This document shows positions 19,613 through 29,570 of a stretch of DNA of 41,326 bases, piece after piece. Location of the stretch: NCBI GenBank assembly GCA_051745185.1, contig JBNJDV010000005.1:1-41326 (forward strand). Reading direction: 5' to 3'. The notes beneath the pieces were generated by a model. It did not search any database and was not told the origin of the DNA. It saw only the letters and a list, made by a program, of their open reading frames with translations. Position 1 is the stretch's first letter; each line of letters begins with the position of its first letter. The position numbers were made by a program, and so were the translations under genes. Origin of the DNA: Bacillota bacterium (GTDB taxonomy: Bacteria; Bacillota; Halanaerobiia; Halanaerobiales; M55B127).

Positions 19613-19642
19613 AAAAAACCCCTGCTATTAAAACAGGGGTTT
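19613..19642 (-). terminator. Intrinsic terminator after leuS
   Basis: AAACCCCTG-9 nt-CAGGGGTTT with a T tract on the minus strand. Confidence 0.85.
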
Positions 19643-19663
19643 GAAATTATCTCTTCAAAAATA

Positions 19664-22159
19664 TTATTTTACTACAACATTTACTAATTTTTTGGGTATA
19701 ACAATAGTTTTTATAATCTCTTTGCCTTCTGTATATTTTTTTACCTTATCTTGCTTAAAGACTTGTTCTTTAAGTTTATCTTTTGGTATGTTTGCATCTA
19801 CATCAATTTTATCTCTAACCCTACCATTTATTTGAATAACTATTGTGATTTCATCTTTTTTTGTTGCCTCTTTACTAAATTCAGGCCACTTTGCTCTATG
19901 AACAGTATCATCATGTCCCATTTTATTCCACAGTTCTTCACTCATATGGGGAGCAAAAGGGGCAAGCATTAATACTAATTTTTCAGAAACAAGTGTTAAA
20001 AGTTCTTCATTTACATCCTCATTATTACCTAAATAATGGTAAATTTCATTTACAAGTTCCATTATAGCACTGATAGCTGTGTTAAAGTTCAGTCTTTCTT
20101 CAATATCATCTGTTACTTTTTGAATTGTTTCATGTAATTTTCTATGAAGTTCTTTTTCATAATCAGTTAGGTTATTTTGGTCAACACTTATTTTTTCTAC
20201 ATCAATATCTTTAATAAGTTCAATATGTTCAGAAATAAATCTCCAAACTCTATTTAAGAATCTATTGGCTCCTTCAACACCTTTGTCACTCCACTCTAAA
20301 TCTTTTTCAGGTGGTGATGCAAAAAGGATAAATAATCTTGCTGTATCAGCACCATATTCATCAAGTATTTTACCCGGGTCTACAACATTACCCTTTGATT
20401 TGGACATTTTATCTCCATCTTTTAATACCATACCCTGTGCTAACCATTTAGTAAACGGTTCACCTTCATCAATTAAATCTAAATCTCTTATTACTTTTGT
20501 AAAAAACCTAGCATATAATAAGTGAAGTATAGCATGTTCAATTCCACCTATATATTGGTCTACTGGAAACCAGTCAGCAGCTTTCTCTTTTGCAACAGGT
20601 AGCTTTTTATTATCAGGATCAATATACCTTAAAAAATACCAGGATGAATCGACAAAAGTATCCATAGTATCTATTTCTCTTTTAGCGTCTCCTCCACATT
20701 TAGGACAAGTAGTATTAACAAATTTTTCAGACTTTGTTAAAGGTGAAACTCCTGTATGTGAAAATTCTACATCATCTGGTAGAACAACGGGTAATTCTTC
20801 TTCAGGAACTGGTACTGTTCCACACTTATCACAGTAAACAATTGGTATTGGAGCACCCCAGTACCTTTGTCTTGATATTAACCAATCTCTTAATCTATAA
20901 TTTTCTTCCCTTTTACCTATGTTTTTTTCTTCCATATCATCAGCAATTGCATCAAAAGCATCACTAACACTTAAATCATTATATTTTTTAGAGTTTATTA
21001 AATAACCATCTCCACTATATGCCTCTTCCATTTTAGATCCATCTAATTTTTCTTCCTTTTCATTAGGTTGTATTACTGCAGTTATTGGAAGACCATATTT
21101 TTTTGCAAAATCAAAGTCTCTTTGGTCATGTGCAGGTACAGCCATAATAGCACCTGTTCCGTATCCCATCAACACATAATTTGCAATTAAGATTGGAATT
21201 TCTTCACCGTTCATTGGATTAGTAGCATAACTTCCAGTAAAAATTCCTTCTTTTTCGGACTCTGGTGAGGTTCTTTCCATCTCTTTTTGTGCCTTTACAT
21301 CTTTAATAAATTGTCTAATTTCCTCTTCTCTTTCCTTGCCTTCAATTAATTGATCAACATATGGATGTTCGGGTGCTAATACCATATATGTTGCACCATA
21401 AATAGTATCTGGTCTTGTGGTAAAAACTTCAAGTTCTTTTTTAATCTCTTCTATTGGAAACTTTATTCTCATTCCTTCACTTTTGCCAATCCAGTTTTTC
21501 TGCATTGTTTTGACTCTTTCAGGCCAGTCTAATTTATCATGACCTTCTAAGAGTTCATCAGCATAATCTGTAATTTTTAAAAACCACTGTTCTAATTCTT
21601 TTTGTTCAACTATAGTATTACAACGTTCACAGCGATTATTTACAACCTGCTCATTGGCTAGTACAGTATCACAACTTGGACACCAGTTCACAGCCTGTTC
21701 TTTTTTATATGCCAAATCATTTTCAAACATTTTTACAAAAAACCATTGGGTCCACTTATAATAATCAGGATCAGCAGTTGCAACTTCCCGATCCCAATCA
21801 TAACTTAGTCCTAAAGCTTTCATCTGTTCTTTCATACTTGCAATATTATCCCAAGTCCATTCCCTTGGATGAATGTTGCCGTGTTTAATTGCTGCATTTT
21901 CAGCAGGAAGTCCAAATGCATCCCAACCCATTGGATGAAGCACATTTAAGCCCTTCATTCTTTTAAACCGAGCAACGACATCTCCAATTGAATATACTCT
22001 TACATGTCCCATATGTAATTTACCTGAAGGATAAGGAAACATCTCTAACACATAATAGTTGTCTTTTTTATCTTTATTTTTTGTTTTATAAAGATTTTCG
22101 TCATCCCACTTTTTCTGCCACTTTTTTTCAATTTCTTTATAATTATAATAACCTTTCAC
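19664..22159 (-). CDS. leuS: Leucine--tRNA ligase
   Basis: [13 protein letters not shown] (HIGH), [17 protein letters not shown] editing domain, KMSKS. Confidence 0.99.
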   Translation of the reverse strand: MKGYYNYKEIEKKWQKKWDDENLYKTKNKDKKDNYYVLEMFPYPSGKLHMGHVRVYSIGDVVARFKRMKGLNVLHPMGWDAFGLPAENAAIKHGNIHPREWTWDNIASMKEQMKALGLSYDWDREVATADPDYYKWTQWFFVKMFENDLAYKKEQAVNWCPSCDTVLANEQVVNNRCERCNTIVEQKELEQWFLKITDYADELLEGHDKLDWPERVKTMQKNWIGKSEGMRIKFPIEEIKKELEVFTTRPDTIYGATYMVLAPEHPYVDQLIEGKEREEEIRQFIKDVKAQKEMERTSPESEKEGIFTGSYATNPMNGEEIPILIANYVLMGYGTGAIMAVPAHDQRDFDFAKKYGLPITAVIQPNEKEEKLDGSKMEEAYSGDGYLINSKKYNDLSVSDAFDAIADDMEEKNIGKREENYRLRDWLISRQRYWGAPIPIVYCDKCGTVPVPEEELPVVLPDDVEFSHTGVSPLTKSEKFVNTTCPKCGGDAKREIDTMDTFVDSSWYFLRYIDPDNKKLPVAKEKAADWFPVDQYIGGIEHAILHLLYARFFTKVIRDLDLIDEGEPFTKWLAQGMVLKDGDKMSKSKGNVVDPGKILDEYGADTARLFILFASPPEKDLEWSDKGVEGANRFLNRVWRFISEHIELIKDIDVEKISVDQNNLTDYEKELHRKLHETIQKVTDDIEERLNFNTAISAIMELVNEIYHYLGNNEDVNEELLTLVSEKLVLMLAPFAPHMSEELWNKMGHDDTVHRAKWPEFSKEATKKDEITIVIQINGRVRDKIDVDANIPKDKLKEQVFKQDKVKKYTEGKEIIKTIVIPKKLVNVVVK

Positions 22160-22194
22160 CTATGATTCCCCCTTAATAAAATAATATATATTAA

Positions 22195-22420
22195 AATAAA
22201 AAAACCCATCCCTAAACAAGGGACGAGTTATTACCCGTGGTACCACCCTAATAGATAGTAGTTATCCACTTAAAAAACTTAACGCATTTATACGATGCCG
22301 TCTACTCAAATTTCAACAGCATAAGCTCCAGAACGAGTTCATAATATTATATTACTACTTTTCACCAACCAGCAGTTCTCTATAAATATAATATTATTAC
22401 TACTTTCTTTCATTGCCCTT
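22195..22420 (-). ncRNA. T-box riboswitch, Leu (CUC) specifier
   Basis: Minus strand: stem I with AGAGA and GGTGAA motifs, GAA-CTC specifier at 22335-22337, T-box AGGGTGGTACCACG at 22236-22249, then terminator TCGTCCCT..AGGGATGGGTTTTT. Confidence 0.95.
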
Positions 22421-22471
22421 ATTAACATTATTTATCTATATAAAAAATTATAATAATTTAAAGGCTTAAAG

Positions 22472-22834
22472 TCAAGAAGTTTCTTCCTTTTTTAATATTT
22501 TCTCAGCATCAGCCCATAGTCTATCAAGTTCATAGTATTCTCTTTCGTGTTTATGGAAGATGTGAACAATTACATCAGCATAGTCCATTAGTATCCATCT
22601 ACCATCATCTTTTCCTGCAATTTGTTTAGGATAAATACATTCCTCATCTAATTTTTCTTCGACAGCCCTTGCAATAGCCTGAACTTGTTTATCTGTATTA
22701 CCTGAACAAATAACAAAATAATCTGCTATTATTGTTAAACCCTCAACATTTAATATCTCTATATCAAATGCCTTTTTATCATCAGCAGCTTCAGCTGCAA
22801 GTTCTGCAATTTTTTTGAAATTATCTTGTGACAT
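22472..22834 (-). CDS. rsfS: Ribosome silencing factor RsfS
   Basis: DKKAFDI, ADYFVICSG, WILMDYADVIVHIF, YYELDRLW. Confidence 0.96.
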   Translation of the reverse strand: MSQDNFKKIAELAAEAADDKKAFDIEILNVEGLTIIADYFVICSGNTDKQVQAIARAVEEKLDEECIYPKQIAGKDDGRWILMDYADVIVHIFHKHEREYYELDRLWADAEKILKKEETS

Positions 22835-24000
22835 TAATTAAGTTCCTCCTTTTTTACTAATGAATTGTCTAAAAAATTTTCTCCTAATATAATCTGAAAG
22901 TCGGTTTCAATTTCTTCTGATTTTTCGACTATTCCGCCTAGTATTTCTTGTAGTCCATTTGCTATTTTTTCATCTTCTTTATAATAAATAATTGTATCTT
23001 CATAATCATAGTTGTCTGCATTAGATATATCATCTATATTAAACCCATATTTTTTTAATTCATCTCCAGCTTTATTAGCAACTCCAGATACACCATTACC
23101 ATTTAAAATGGTGATATTATATTTATCATTTTGGATATATTCTTTACTTCTAATTAAATTATCTACCATTATATCCAATGCATCTTCATCTGTTATCCAG
23201 TAACTCGCATTATTAATATATTCCGGTTTGCCCGGTACCATTTCTATTTTTATCTTATTTAAATCAAGTTTATTTACTAACTTCAAAAATGGTGTTACAT
23301 CTTTTAGAGGTATATTTGTATTCACTGAGTTCATTACCTCTTTGTATATAGATGGTGAGTTAAATAGTGTTTGAGAAGATATTGCTTTATTCATTAATGC
23401 TTCAACAAACTTCTGCTGTCTTGAAACTCTTCCTATATCTCCTAATTTATCTCCGCGATATCTCACATATTGAAGTGCTTTCTCTCCATTTAAATGAACA
23501 TTTCCAGCTGGAAGATCAATATTTACTCCCCCTGCCTTATCTACATAATGTAAGGGTTTTTCAATATAAATATCAAGTCCACCTATAAGATCAATAATAT
23601 CTGCAAACCCATTGAAGTCAGTTTCTAAATAATAATCTAATTTTATATCAATAAGGTCTTCAACAGTTTCATTTAACAATTCAATTCCACCATAAGCATG
23701 AGCAGCATTAATTCTATTATATCCCCTACCATTTATTTTCACCCTTGTATCTCTGGGGATAAATAATAGCCCAATTTGATTAGAGCTTAAATCAACACTA
23801 GCAACTATTATTGTGTCTGCCCTAGGTGGTCCATTTATATTTGAATCATAACCAGCAACTAATATATTTACTTTTGACTCCCGAAAAGGATTTAAATCTA
23901 ACAAACTAAAATCATCATTTAAGTATATATATAAAGTCAAACTAATTATTAATAAAAATATTATAAGTCCGATTATTTTCCAGTTAACCTTTTTTAACAT
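22834..24000 (-). CDS. LCP (LytR-CpsA-Psr) family protein with LytR_C domain
   Basis: N-terminal TM, RADTII, IPRDT, INAAH, YVRYR, DIGRVSRQQ; C-terminal ILNGNGVSGVA...IILGENF. Confidence 0.93.
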   Translation of the reverse strand: MLKKVNWKIIGLIIFLLIISLTLYIYLNDDFSLLDLNPFRESKVNILVAGYDSNINGPPRADTIIVASVDLSSNQIGLLFIPRDTRVKINGRGYNRINAAHAYGGIELLNETVEDLIDIKLDYYLETDFNGFADIIDLIGGLDIYIEKPLHYVDKAGGVNIDLPAGNVHLNGEKALQYVRYRGDKLGDIGRVSRQQKFVEALMNKAISSQTLFNSPSIYKEVMNSVNTNIPLKDVTPFLKLVNKLDLNKIKIEMVPGKPEYINNASYWITDEDALDIMVDNLIRSKEYIQNDKYNITILNGNGVSGVANKAGDELKKYGFNIDDISNADNYDYEDTIIYYKEDEKIANGLQEILGGIVEKSEEIETDFQIILGENFLDNSLVKKEELN

Positions 24001-24567
24001 CTAATTTTCTCCCTTCAAGAGTTGATTTCTAGTTAATAATGTATTAGGATGGATTATTTTATTTTGTTTAATATTATATTTAATAGTAAAGTCACAAACT
24101 AAAAGCACAGCTTTATCCAAATTATTATCAGCAGCATCTCTTATATAAATGATATCAGGAAAATCACGACTTGGTTCAATAATATCTGCTACAAAAATTA
24201 TTTTTTCTATCTTACTCATTTTAGTTCTGCCAATAGAATGGTACCTTATTGCATCTAATATTTCATTATCTTTAATACTAAATTTATCATTAGCTATAAA
24301 TGCCGCTACCGGTGAATGTAATAATTCAGGGATCTTCCGTTCCCATTTATCAACATCAATATTATTTTTATTTACTATATCAATTAATTTTTCTATTGAA
24401 TAGTTTCGGGCATAATCATGTAACAAAGCTGCTATTTTAACTTTATAAATATCTGCATCATACTTTTTAGCTAACTTAACTGCAGTTTTTTTAACTAAAC
24501 AGCTGTGTTCATATCTAAAACCATCTAAATTTTTTAATTTGGTTTTTAAAGCTTTGATTTCTATCAT
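24001..24567 (-). CDS. yqeK: HD-domain Ap4A hydrolase YqeK
   Basis: RYEHS, ALLHDYAR, LLH, AIRYHS, VADIIEPSR; follows nadD. Confidence 0.92.
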   Translation of the reverse strand: MIEIKALKTKLKNLDGFRYEHSCLVKKTAVKLAKKYDADIYKVKIAALLHDYARNYSIEKLIDIVNKNNIDVDKWERKIPELLHSPVAAFIANDKFSIKDNEILDAIRYHSIGRTKMSKIEKIIFVADIIEPSRDFPDIIYIRDAADNNLDKAVLLVCDFTIKYNIKQNKIIHPNTLLTRNQLLKGEN

Positions 24568-24572
24568 TTATT

Positions 24573-25166
24573 TCACCTATATAAATTATTTTCTTTGATA
24601 TAATCAATAATCACATCAGGAGTAAGATAACGAATCGATTTATTATCCCTTATATAATTTCTTATCATTGTTGAAGATATATCTATTAAAGAATTATCCA
24701 ACAAATTAATGTTTTCTTGATACTTTCTAAGCCGTTGGTCCTTCATTATTTCAGGATAAGAATAACCGCTCCTTTTAGCAATAATCAAATTTGAATTAGA
24801 TAATACATAAGAAGGTTGATACCAACTATAAATCTGTGATAAAGAATCAGTGCCAATAATTAAATTAACCTTATCGATATCATACTTATCTTTAAAGTAA
24901 TCAATTGTTCTCACTGTATAAGATTTTCCTTTATTGTCTATTTCCCATAAAGATAGGTCAAAATGATCATTATCATCAATAACAGTTTTTAGCATATTTA
25001 TCCTATGTTTTTTATTAATTACTTTTTCATTGCTTTTGTGAGGCGGATTTCCTGCCGGCATAAAAATAACCTTATCCAGATTAAATTCCAGATAGGCTCT
25101 TTCAGCAATAATAAGATGACCAATATGTACAGGATTAAATGTTCCTCCAATAATCGCAAATTTCAT
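24573..25166 (-). CDS. nadD: Nicotinate-nucleotide adenylyltransferase
   Basis: GGTFNPVHIGH, PPHK, SYT, IGTDS, ISSTMIR; start MKFAII after SD GGAAGGTGA (track start 25190). Confidence 0.97.
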   Translation of the reverse strand: MKFAIIGGTFNPVHIGHLIIAERAYLEFNLDKVIFMPAGNPPHKSNEKVINKKHRINMLKTVIDDNDHFDLSLWEIDNKGKSYTVRTIDYFKDKYDIDKVNLIIGTDSLSQIYSWYQPSYVLSNSNLIIAKRSGYSYPEIMKDQRLRKYQENINLLDNSLIDISSTMIRNYIRDNKSIRYLTPDVIIDYIKENNLYR

Positions 25167-25242
25167 GATCTCACCTTCCATCATACTCATTTAATTATAA
25201 TAAATAAATCTCATATATTCAAGTATAATAAATCTAATAAGA

Positions 25243-25267
25243 AGGATTAGAATCTTTTGTGTTGAAT
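25243..25267 (+). promoter_or_regulatory. SigH-like promoter
   Basis: gaAGGAtta, 17-nt spacer, GAAT; 30 nt before the ATG at 25297. Confidence 0.6.
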
Positions 25268-25296
25268 AAAATAAAAATATAAAGGGGGTAAATATA

Positions 25297-25809
25297 ATGA
25301 TTCACAAATATAAAAATCATGAACCTATTATATCAGATAGTTCATTTGTTGCACCAGGTGCGCAGGTTGTAGGCAATGTTGAATTAAAAGAAAAAACAAG
25401 TATTTGGTATAATTCTTCATTAAGAGCAGATCTAAATAAAATAATTTTAGGTAAAGGTACAAATGTTCAAGATAATTCAGCTTTACATGTTGATTCCGAT
25501 CAACCTCTAATAATTGGTGAAAATGTTACAGTGGGTCATAATGCAACCATTCACGGGTGTAAAATTGAAGATAACTGTCTTATTGGTATGGGAGCAATTC
25601 TACTAAATGATGCAGTAATTAAAGCAAACTCAATAGTTGCTGCTGGTAGTTTGGTTACAGAAAACTCCGAATTCCCTCCCACAAGTTTAATTATGGGTTC
25701 ACCAGCTAAAGTAGTTAGAAAGCTTACTGCAGAAGAAATAAATTCTATAACTCAAAATGCTGAGCATTATACTAAGTTAGCTAAAGAACACAAAGATAGT
25801 CTTAAATAA
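25297..25809 (+). CDS. Gamma-carbonic anhydrase-like hexapeptide-repeat protein (YrdA/CaiE family)
   Basis: LRAD, TNVQDNSALH, TVGHNATIHGC, LIGMGA, GSPAKVVR. Confidence 0.93.
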   Translation: MIHKYKNHEPIISDSSFVAPGAQVVGNVELKEKTSIWYNSSLRADLNKIILGKGTNVQDNSALHVDSDQPLIIGENVTVGHNATIHGCKIEDNCLIGMGAILLNDAVIKANSIVAAGSLVTENSEFPPTSLIMGSPAKVVRKLTAEEINSITQNAEHYTKLAKEHKDSLK

Positions 25810-25811
25810 TT

Positions 25812-25841
25812 AAAAACCCTGCATTTAGCAGGGTTTGTTTT
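25812..25841. terminator. Bidirectional terminator between convergent genes
   Basis: AAACCCTGC-attta-GCAGGGTTT with A/T flanks. Confidence 0.88.
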
Positions 25842-25845
25842 ACTA

Positions 25846-26337
25846 TTAAAATGGTTCAAAGCTTTGTTCAGCCCACCAATCTTCTCTTAACATATCATAT
25901 TGTTCTTGAAAGAAGTTCAGATGCTGATATTCCCATTCTATTATTTTTTTATATAAATTCTTTGCTTCATTAGACTCAGTATTACTTACAGCATTTTTAT
26001 AATATTCAATTGCTTCTTTTTCCATTTTTACTCCTAAACCAAAGACTGATAAAGCAAATGATAAATTTTCTTTTTCAATTTTCTCCCATTTGAAAATTCT
26101 TGGTTTTTCAGGAGGTTTGATTTCATCAACTGTAAAATTAATATTTACTTTTCCCTTAATATCTTGATAAAGTTCTTTTAACCAATCAATATGCTTAAGT
26201 TCTTCTTTAGCTAGTTTTTTAAATGACCTACTTATTTCTTCTTTGTTAATTCTCTCTGCTGCCATCATGTAAACTTGATAACCCTCATTTTCATTTAAAA
26301 TTGCTTCTTTAATAACCTCAAGTTCCTTGTTCTTCAT
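25846..26337 (-). CDS. Ferritin-like/rubrerythrin-family di-iron protein
   Basis: AILNENEGYQVY, EELKH, MEKEAIEYY, WEYQH; C-terminal WWAEQSFEPF. Confidence 0.88.
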   Translation of the reverse strand: MKNKELEVIKEAILNENEGYQVYMMAAERINKEEISRSFKKLAKEELKHIDWLKELYQDIKGKVNINFTVDEIKPPEKPRIFKWEKIEKENLSFALSVFGLGVKMEKEAIEYYKNAVSNTESNEAKNLYKKIIEWEYQHLNFFQEQYDMLREDWWAEQSFEPF

Positions 26338-26350
26338 AAAATAAGCCCCC

Positions 26351-26917
26351 TTATAATTCTTTTAAATAATTTCGAGCAGCCTGCCTGATTTTTTCCTCAT
26401 AGAATTCAACACTTTCTATTTCGCCTTTTTTATCAATACCTTCAAAAAATAACTCCCCAGTATATTTTGTATTTAAAGAGTAAAAATAATTTTGTATAAT
26501 TTTTTTAGCATTATTATAAAAGAAATCAGTCTTATAGGCACCAGCACCCAAAAAATATCCTATTTTATAATCTTTATCTGAAACAAGTTTATTTTGCAAA
26601 ATGTTTTTAGCTCTATAAGGTTCTGCTCTATCAATTAATATCTTTAAAGCTGATGTTAAAGAAGCAAAATATATTGGTGAAGATACCACTAAACCTTCTG
26701 CTCTTTCAATTTTTTTATATAAATTAAAGATATCATCATCTAAAGTACAAGAACCATCTTGATGACAGTCTAAACAAGCCTTACATATATTTAAATCATA
26801 TTCAATAAGTTTAATTTTTTTTACTACATTTGATTTAGAAATTTCATCAATAAATATATCCAACATTTTATCTGTATTACCAGATATTCTATGGCTGGCT
26901 GAAATTGCTAAAATCAT
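26351..26917 (-). CDS. Iron-sulfur flavoprotein / flavodoxin-like FMN reductase
   Basis: ISASHRISGNT FMN loop, CKACLDC-x5-C cluster motif, SPIYF, LIDR. Confidence 0.88.
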   Translation of the reverse strand: MILAISASHRISGNTDKMLDIFIDEISKSNVVKKIKLIEYDLNICKACLDCHQDGSCTLDDDIFNLYKKIERAEGLVVSSPIYFASLTSALKILIDRAEPYRAKNILQNKLVSDKDYKIGYFLGAGAYKTDFFYNNAKKIIQNYFYSLNTKYTGELFFEGIDKKGEIESVEFYEEKIRQAARNYLKEL

Positions 26918-27002
26918 TAATATTCCTCCTGCTTTATCTCTATTCTTAGATAAAATATATCAGAATAACCGGCTATTTTCAAGTAATTATAGCTGGTAAC
27001 AA

Positions 27003-27031
27003 TTGACATATATTTTAAAATAAATTATAAT
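27003..27031 (+). promoter_or_regulatory. Consensus SigA promoter of the hutP-like gene
   Basis: TTGACA-17 nt-TATAAT, exact. Confidence 0.85.
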
Positions 27032-27062
27032 TAAATAAAATAAAATTAGGAGGCTTACATAA

Positions 27063-27473
27063 ATGGAAAAAAGCCTTATTATTGCAAAAGCAGCATTAAG
27101 ATTATCTATTTCTGATCGTTCAGAGGAAAAACAATTAAAAAAAGACTATCGTGATTCTCAGGGCATAAAGACTGCTGCCGTTGATTTTGGTGGAGAATAC
27201 AACAAGTCTGTTAAAAAAATAATAGAAAATGCAGTAATAGCTGCAAGACGAGAAAATTTAATCAATGAATCTCACTCAAATCAGGGTGCAGTTGCAGGTG
27301 CTACTCATGAAGCCTTAAAACAGATTATGGGAAGTGCGGTAGGTCTAAACATTGGTGGAAAAATTGGTATAGCTCGCAAAGAAGATCATCTAGTAGTTGC
27401 AATATTTTTCGGTGTTGGGATGTTAAATCTCAATGAAGTAGCAGTTGGATTAAGTCATCGCACAATTAATTAA
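27063..27473 (+). CDS. hutP: HutP-family RNA-binding antiterminator-like protein
   Basis: AAVDFGG, IENAVIAARRENLI, GAVAGATHEAL, GLNIGGKIGIAR, VAIFFGVG: clostridial HutP-like pattern. Confidence 0.85.
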   Translation: MEKSLIIAKAALRLSISDRSEEKQLKKDYRDSQGIKTAAVDFGGEYNKSVKKIIENAVIAARRENLINESHSNQGAVAGATHEALKQIMGSAVGLNIGGKIGIARKEDHLVVAIFFGVGMLNLNEVAVGLSHRTIN

Positions 27474-27484
27474 TTTCTTAATAC

Positions 27485-27513
27485 TTGACATTACTTAATT
27501 TAGTGTGTATAAT
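27485..27513 (+). promoter_or_regulatory. Consensus SigA promoter of the ABC transporter operon
   Basis: TTGACA-17 nt-TATAAT, exact. Confidence 0.85.
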
Positions 27514-27519
27514 TAATAA

Positions 27520-27620
27520 AAATAAATATTTGGTAATATGGTAATATGGTAGGAGAAAATACTAGGAAATTTCTATGTATTTCTATGTCTTTAAACACTC
27601 CTTCCCAGGAGTGTTTTTTT
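27520..27620 (+). promoter_or_regulatory. 5' leader/attenuator with tandem repeats and an intrinsic terminator
   Basis: TGGTAATA-TGGTAATA-TGGTAGGA (27531-54), ATTTCTATGT x2 (27569-88), hairpin AAACACTCCT-tccc-AGGAGTGTTT plus TTTT (27593-27620), all between promoter and start codon. Confidence 0.8.
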
Positions 27621-27674
27621 ATTTCTCTTTCCAAAAAATCCAAACCAAAAAAACAAAATAAGGAGAGATGTAAA

Positions 27675-28664
27675 ATGGTAATTAATGGTAAGATGTCTCT
27701 ATTAGTAGTATCTATTCTCATTTCATTTGTATTATTCTTTACTTTTCAAATTTCAGCACAAACAGAAGATAAGGTATTTAAGGTTGGTATTTCACAATTT
27801 GTTGAACACCCTGCACTGGATTCAGCCCGCGAAGGTTTTATTGAAGGCTTAAATGAAGCAGGTTTTATTGAAGGTGAAAACCTTGATATAAACCTTGAAA
27901 ATGCCCAGGCAGATTTTGCAACTACACAATCAATTGCACAAAAATTTAAAGGGCAAAACCTGGATTTGGTATTAGCAATAGCCACTCCAAGTGCACAATC
28001 AGCAGCTGGTGAATTAACTGATACTCCTCTGCTCATTACAGCTGTTACTGATCCTGTAGAAGCAGGTTTAGTAGCTGATCTAGTAGATAAAGAAGAAAAT
28101 GTTACAGGAACTACAGATATGAATCCTGTTGCAGATCAATTATCTCTAATAAAACAATTTGTCCCTGATGTAAAAACAATTGGTATTTTGTATAATAGTG
28201 GTGAAGTGAATTCAGTTGTTCAAGTTGATATTGCTAAAGAAGTAGCAGCAGAAATGGATCTAGAAATTGTTGAAGGTACAGCAACTAATACAAGTGAAGT
28301 ATCACTAGCAACTTCATCTATTGTAAATAAAGTTGATGCTATCTACTTGCCAACAGATAATACAATTGCCTCCGCTGTTCCTTCCATAATGAAAATTGCT
28401 GAAGAAAATAATACTCCGGTATTTGCAGCTGAAAAAGGTCAAGTTGAAAATGGCGCAATTGCTACAAGAGGTATTGACTATTTCACATTAGGAAAAGAAA
28501 CTGGTCAAATAGCCGCCCGAGTACTAAATGGAGAAAAAGCAGCTGACATACCAATTATAGGATCTCAAAATCTACAGCTTATTGTGAATAAAAATGCTGT
28601 TGAAAAATTCAATCTTGAAATACCAGAATCATTAGTAGATGAAATAGATATATTAATCGAATAA
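27675..28664 (+). CDS. ABC transporter substrate-binding protein, COG2984 type (aromatic amino-acid-binding family)
   Basis: QFVEHPALDSAREGF, AIATPSAQ, AVTDPV, TGTTD, YLPTDNT; ATG 27675 after AGGAG (track start 27546); SPase I-type signal peptide. Confidence 0.9.
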   Translation: MVINGKMSLLVVSILISFVLFFTFQISAQTEDKVFKVGISQFVEHPALDSAREGFIEGLNEAGFIEGENLDINLENAQADFATTQSIAQKFKGQNLDLVLAIATPSAQSAAGELTDTPLLITAVTDPVEAGLVADLVDKEENVTGTTDMNPVADQLSLIKQFVPDVKTIGILYNSGEVNSVVQVDIAKEVAAEMDLEIVEGTATNTSEVSLATSSIVNKVDAIYLPTDNTIASAVPSIMKIAEENNTPVFAAEKGQVENGAIATRGIDYFTLGKETGQIAARVLNGEKAADIPIIGSQNLQLIVNKNAVEKFNLEIPESLVDEIDILIE

Positions 28665-28691
28665 TTTAAGTTAGGCACTGGAGGTTATTGT

Positions 28692-29570
28692 ATGGACTTA
28701 GGCTTTCTTATAACATCAATTGAACAAGGACTAATCTATGGTATTATGGCCATTGGAGTTTATATAACATTTAGAATTCTAGATTTTGCAGATTTAACTG
28801 TAGATGGCAGCATCACTTTAGGTGCTGCTGTCTCATCTAGAATGATAATATTAGGATATAATCCATTTTTAACATTACTTGTAGCTACTTTTGCTGGAGG
28901 AATATCTGGTTCAGTGACAGGATTTTTAAATACTAGGCTTAAAATTGCACCATTACTTTCAGGAATACTTACAATGACAGCACTATATTCAATAAATTTA
29001 AGGATTATGGGTAGACCTAACATCCCTTTAATTTCAAGTAGGACAATTTTTGATATTTTTAACTTTACTAAATATAATGAGCTGCTATTAATATTAATTG
29101 TTGTTATTTTAGTACTAATTACTCTCATATTATTTATGAAAACCAAACTAGGTTATGCTCTAAGAGCTACAGGTGATAATCCTGCTATGGTTAGAAGTAT
29201 GGCAATCAATACAGATAATATGAAGTTTATGGGATTAATTATTGCAAATAGTTTTGTTAGCTTGGCAGGTTCTTTAATTGGACAATATCAAGGATTTGCT
29301 GATATTAGTATGGGGATTGGTACAATAATTGCCGGTCTAGCATCAGTTATTATAGGTGAAGTCATTTTTAACAATGATAAACTCTACTATACTATTCCGA
29401 GTATAATAATTGGTTCAATACTTTATAGAGGCAGCATATCTTTTGCACTTATGAGTGGTTTTGCAGCTTCAGATTTAAAACTTTTAACAGCTTTAATTGT
29501 TATTGTCTTTTTATCAGCACCAAATATTAAAAAGCAGATTGGAGGTAAATTAAATGCTAAAACTAACTAA
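28692..29570 (+). CDS. ABC transporter permease (COG4120 type)
   Basis: GVYITFRILDFADLTVDGS, LRATGDN, GLASVIIGE. Confidence 0.92.
   Translation: MDLGFLITSIEQGLIYGIMAIGVYITFRILDFADLTVDGSITLGAAVSSRMIILGYNPFLTLLVATFAGGISGSVTGFLNTRLKIAPLLSGILTMTALYSINLRIMGRPNIPLISSRTIFDIFNFTKYNELLLILIVVILVLITLILFMKTKLGYALRATGDNPAMVRSMAINTDNMKFMGLIIANSFVSLAGSLIGQYQGFADISMGIGTIIAGLASVIIGEVIFNNDKLYYTIPSIIIGSILYRGSISFALMSGFAASDLKLLTALIVIVFLSAPNIKKQIGGKLNAKTN

Noticed and set aside
22341-22408. Repeated AAAGTAGTAATA and ATAATATTAT segments upstream of leuS
   Set aside because: Explained by T-box stem I sequence and pairing; not CRISPR or an independent repeat.
27531-27588. TRAP-binding site, T-box or mini-CRISPR in the ABC leader
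   Set aside because: No 5-nt-periodic (G/U)AG array, no GGTGGNACC T-box motif, and the repeats are 8-10 nt without spacers.
27546-27674. 43-codon N-terminal extension of the SBP given by the ORF track
   Set aside because: It runs through the terminator, would bury the signal peptide, and ATG 27675 has the better SD.
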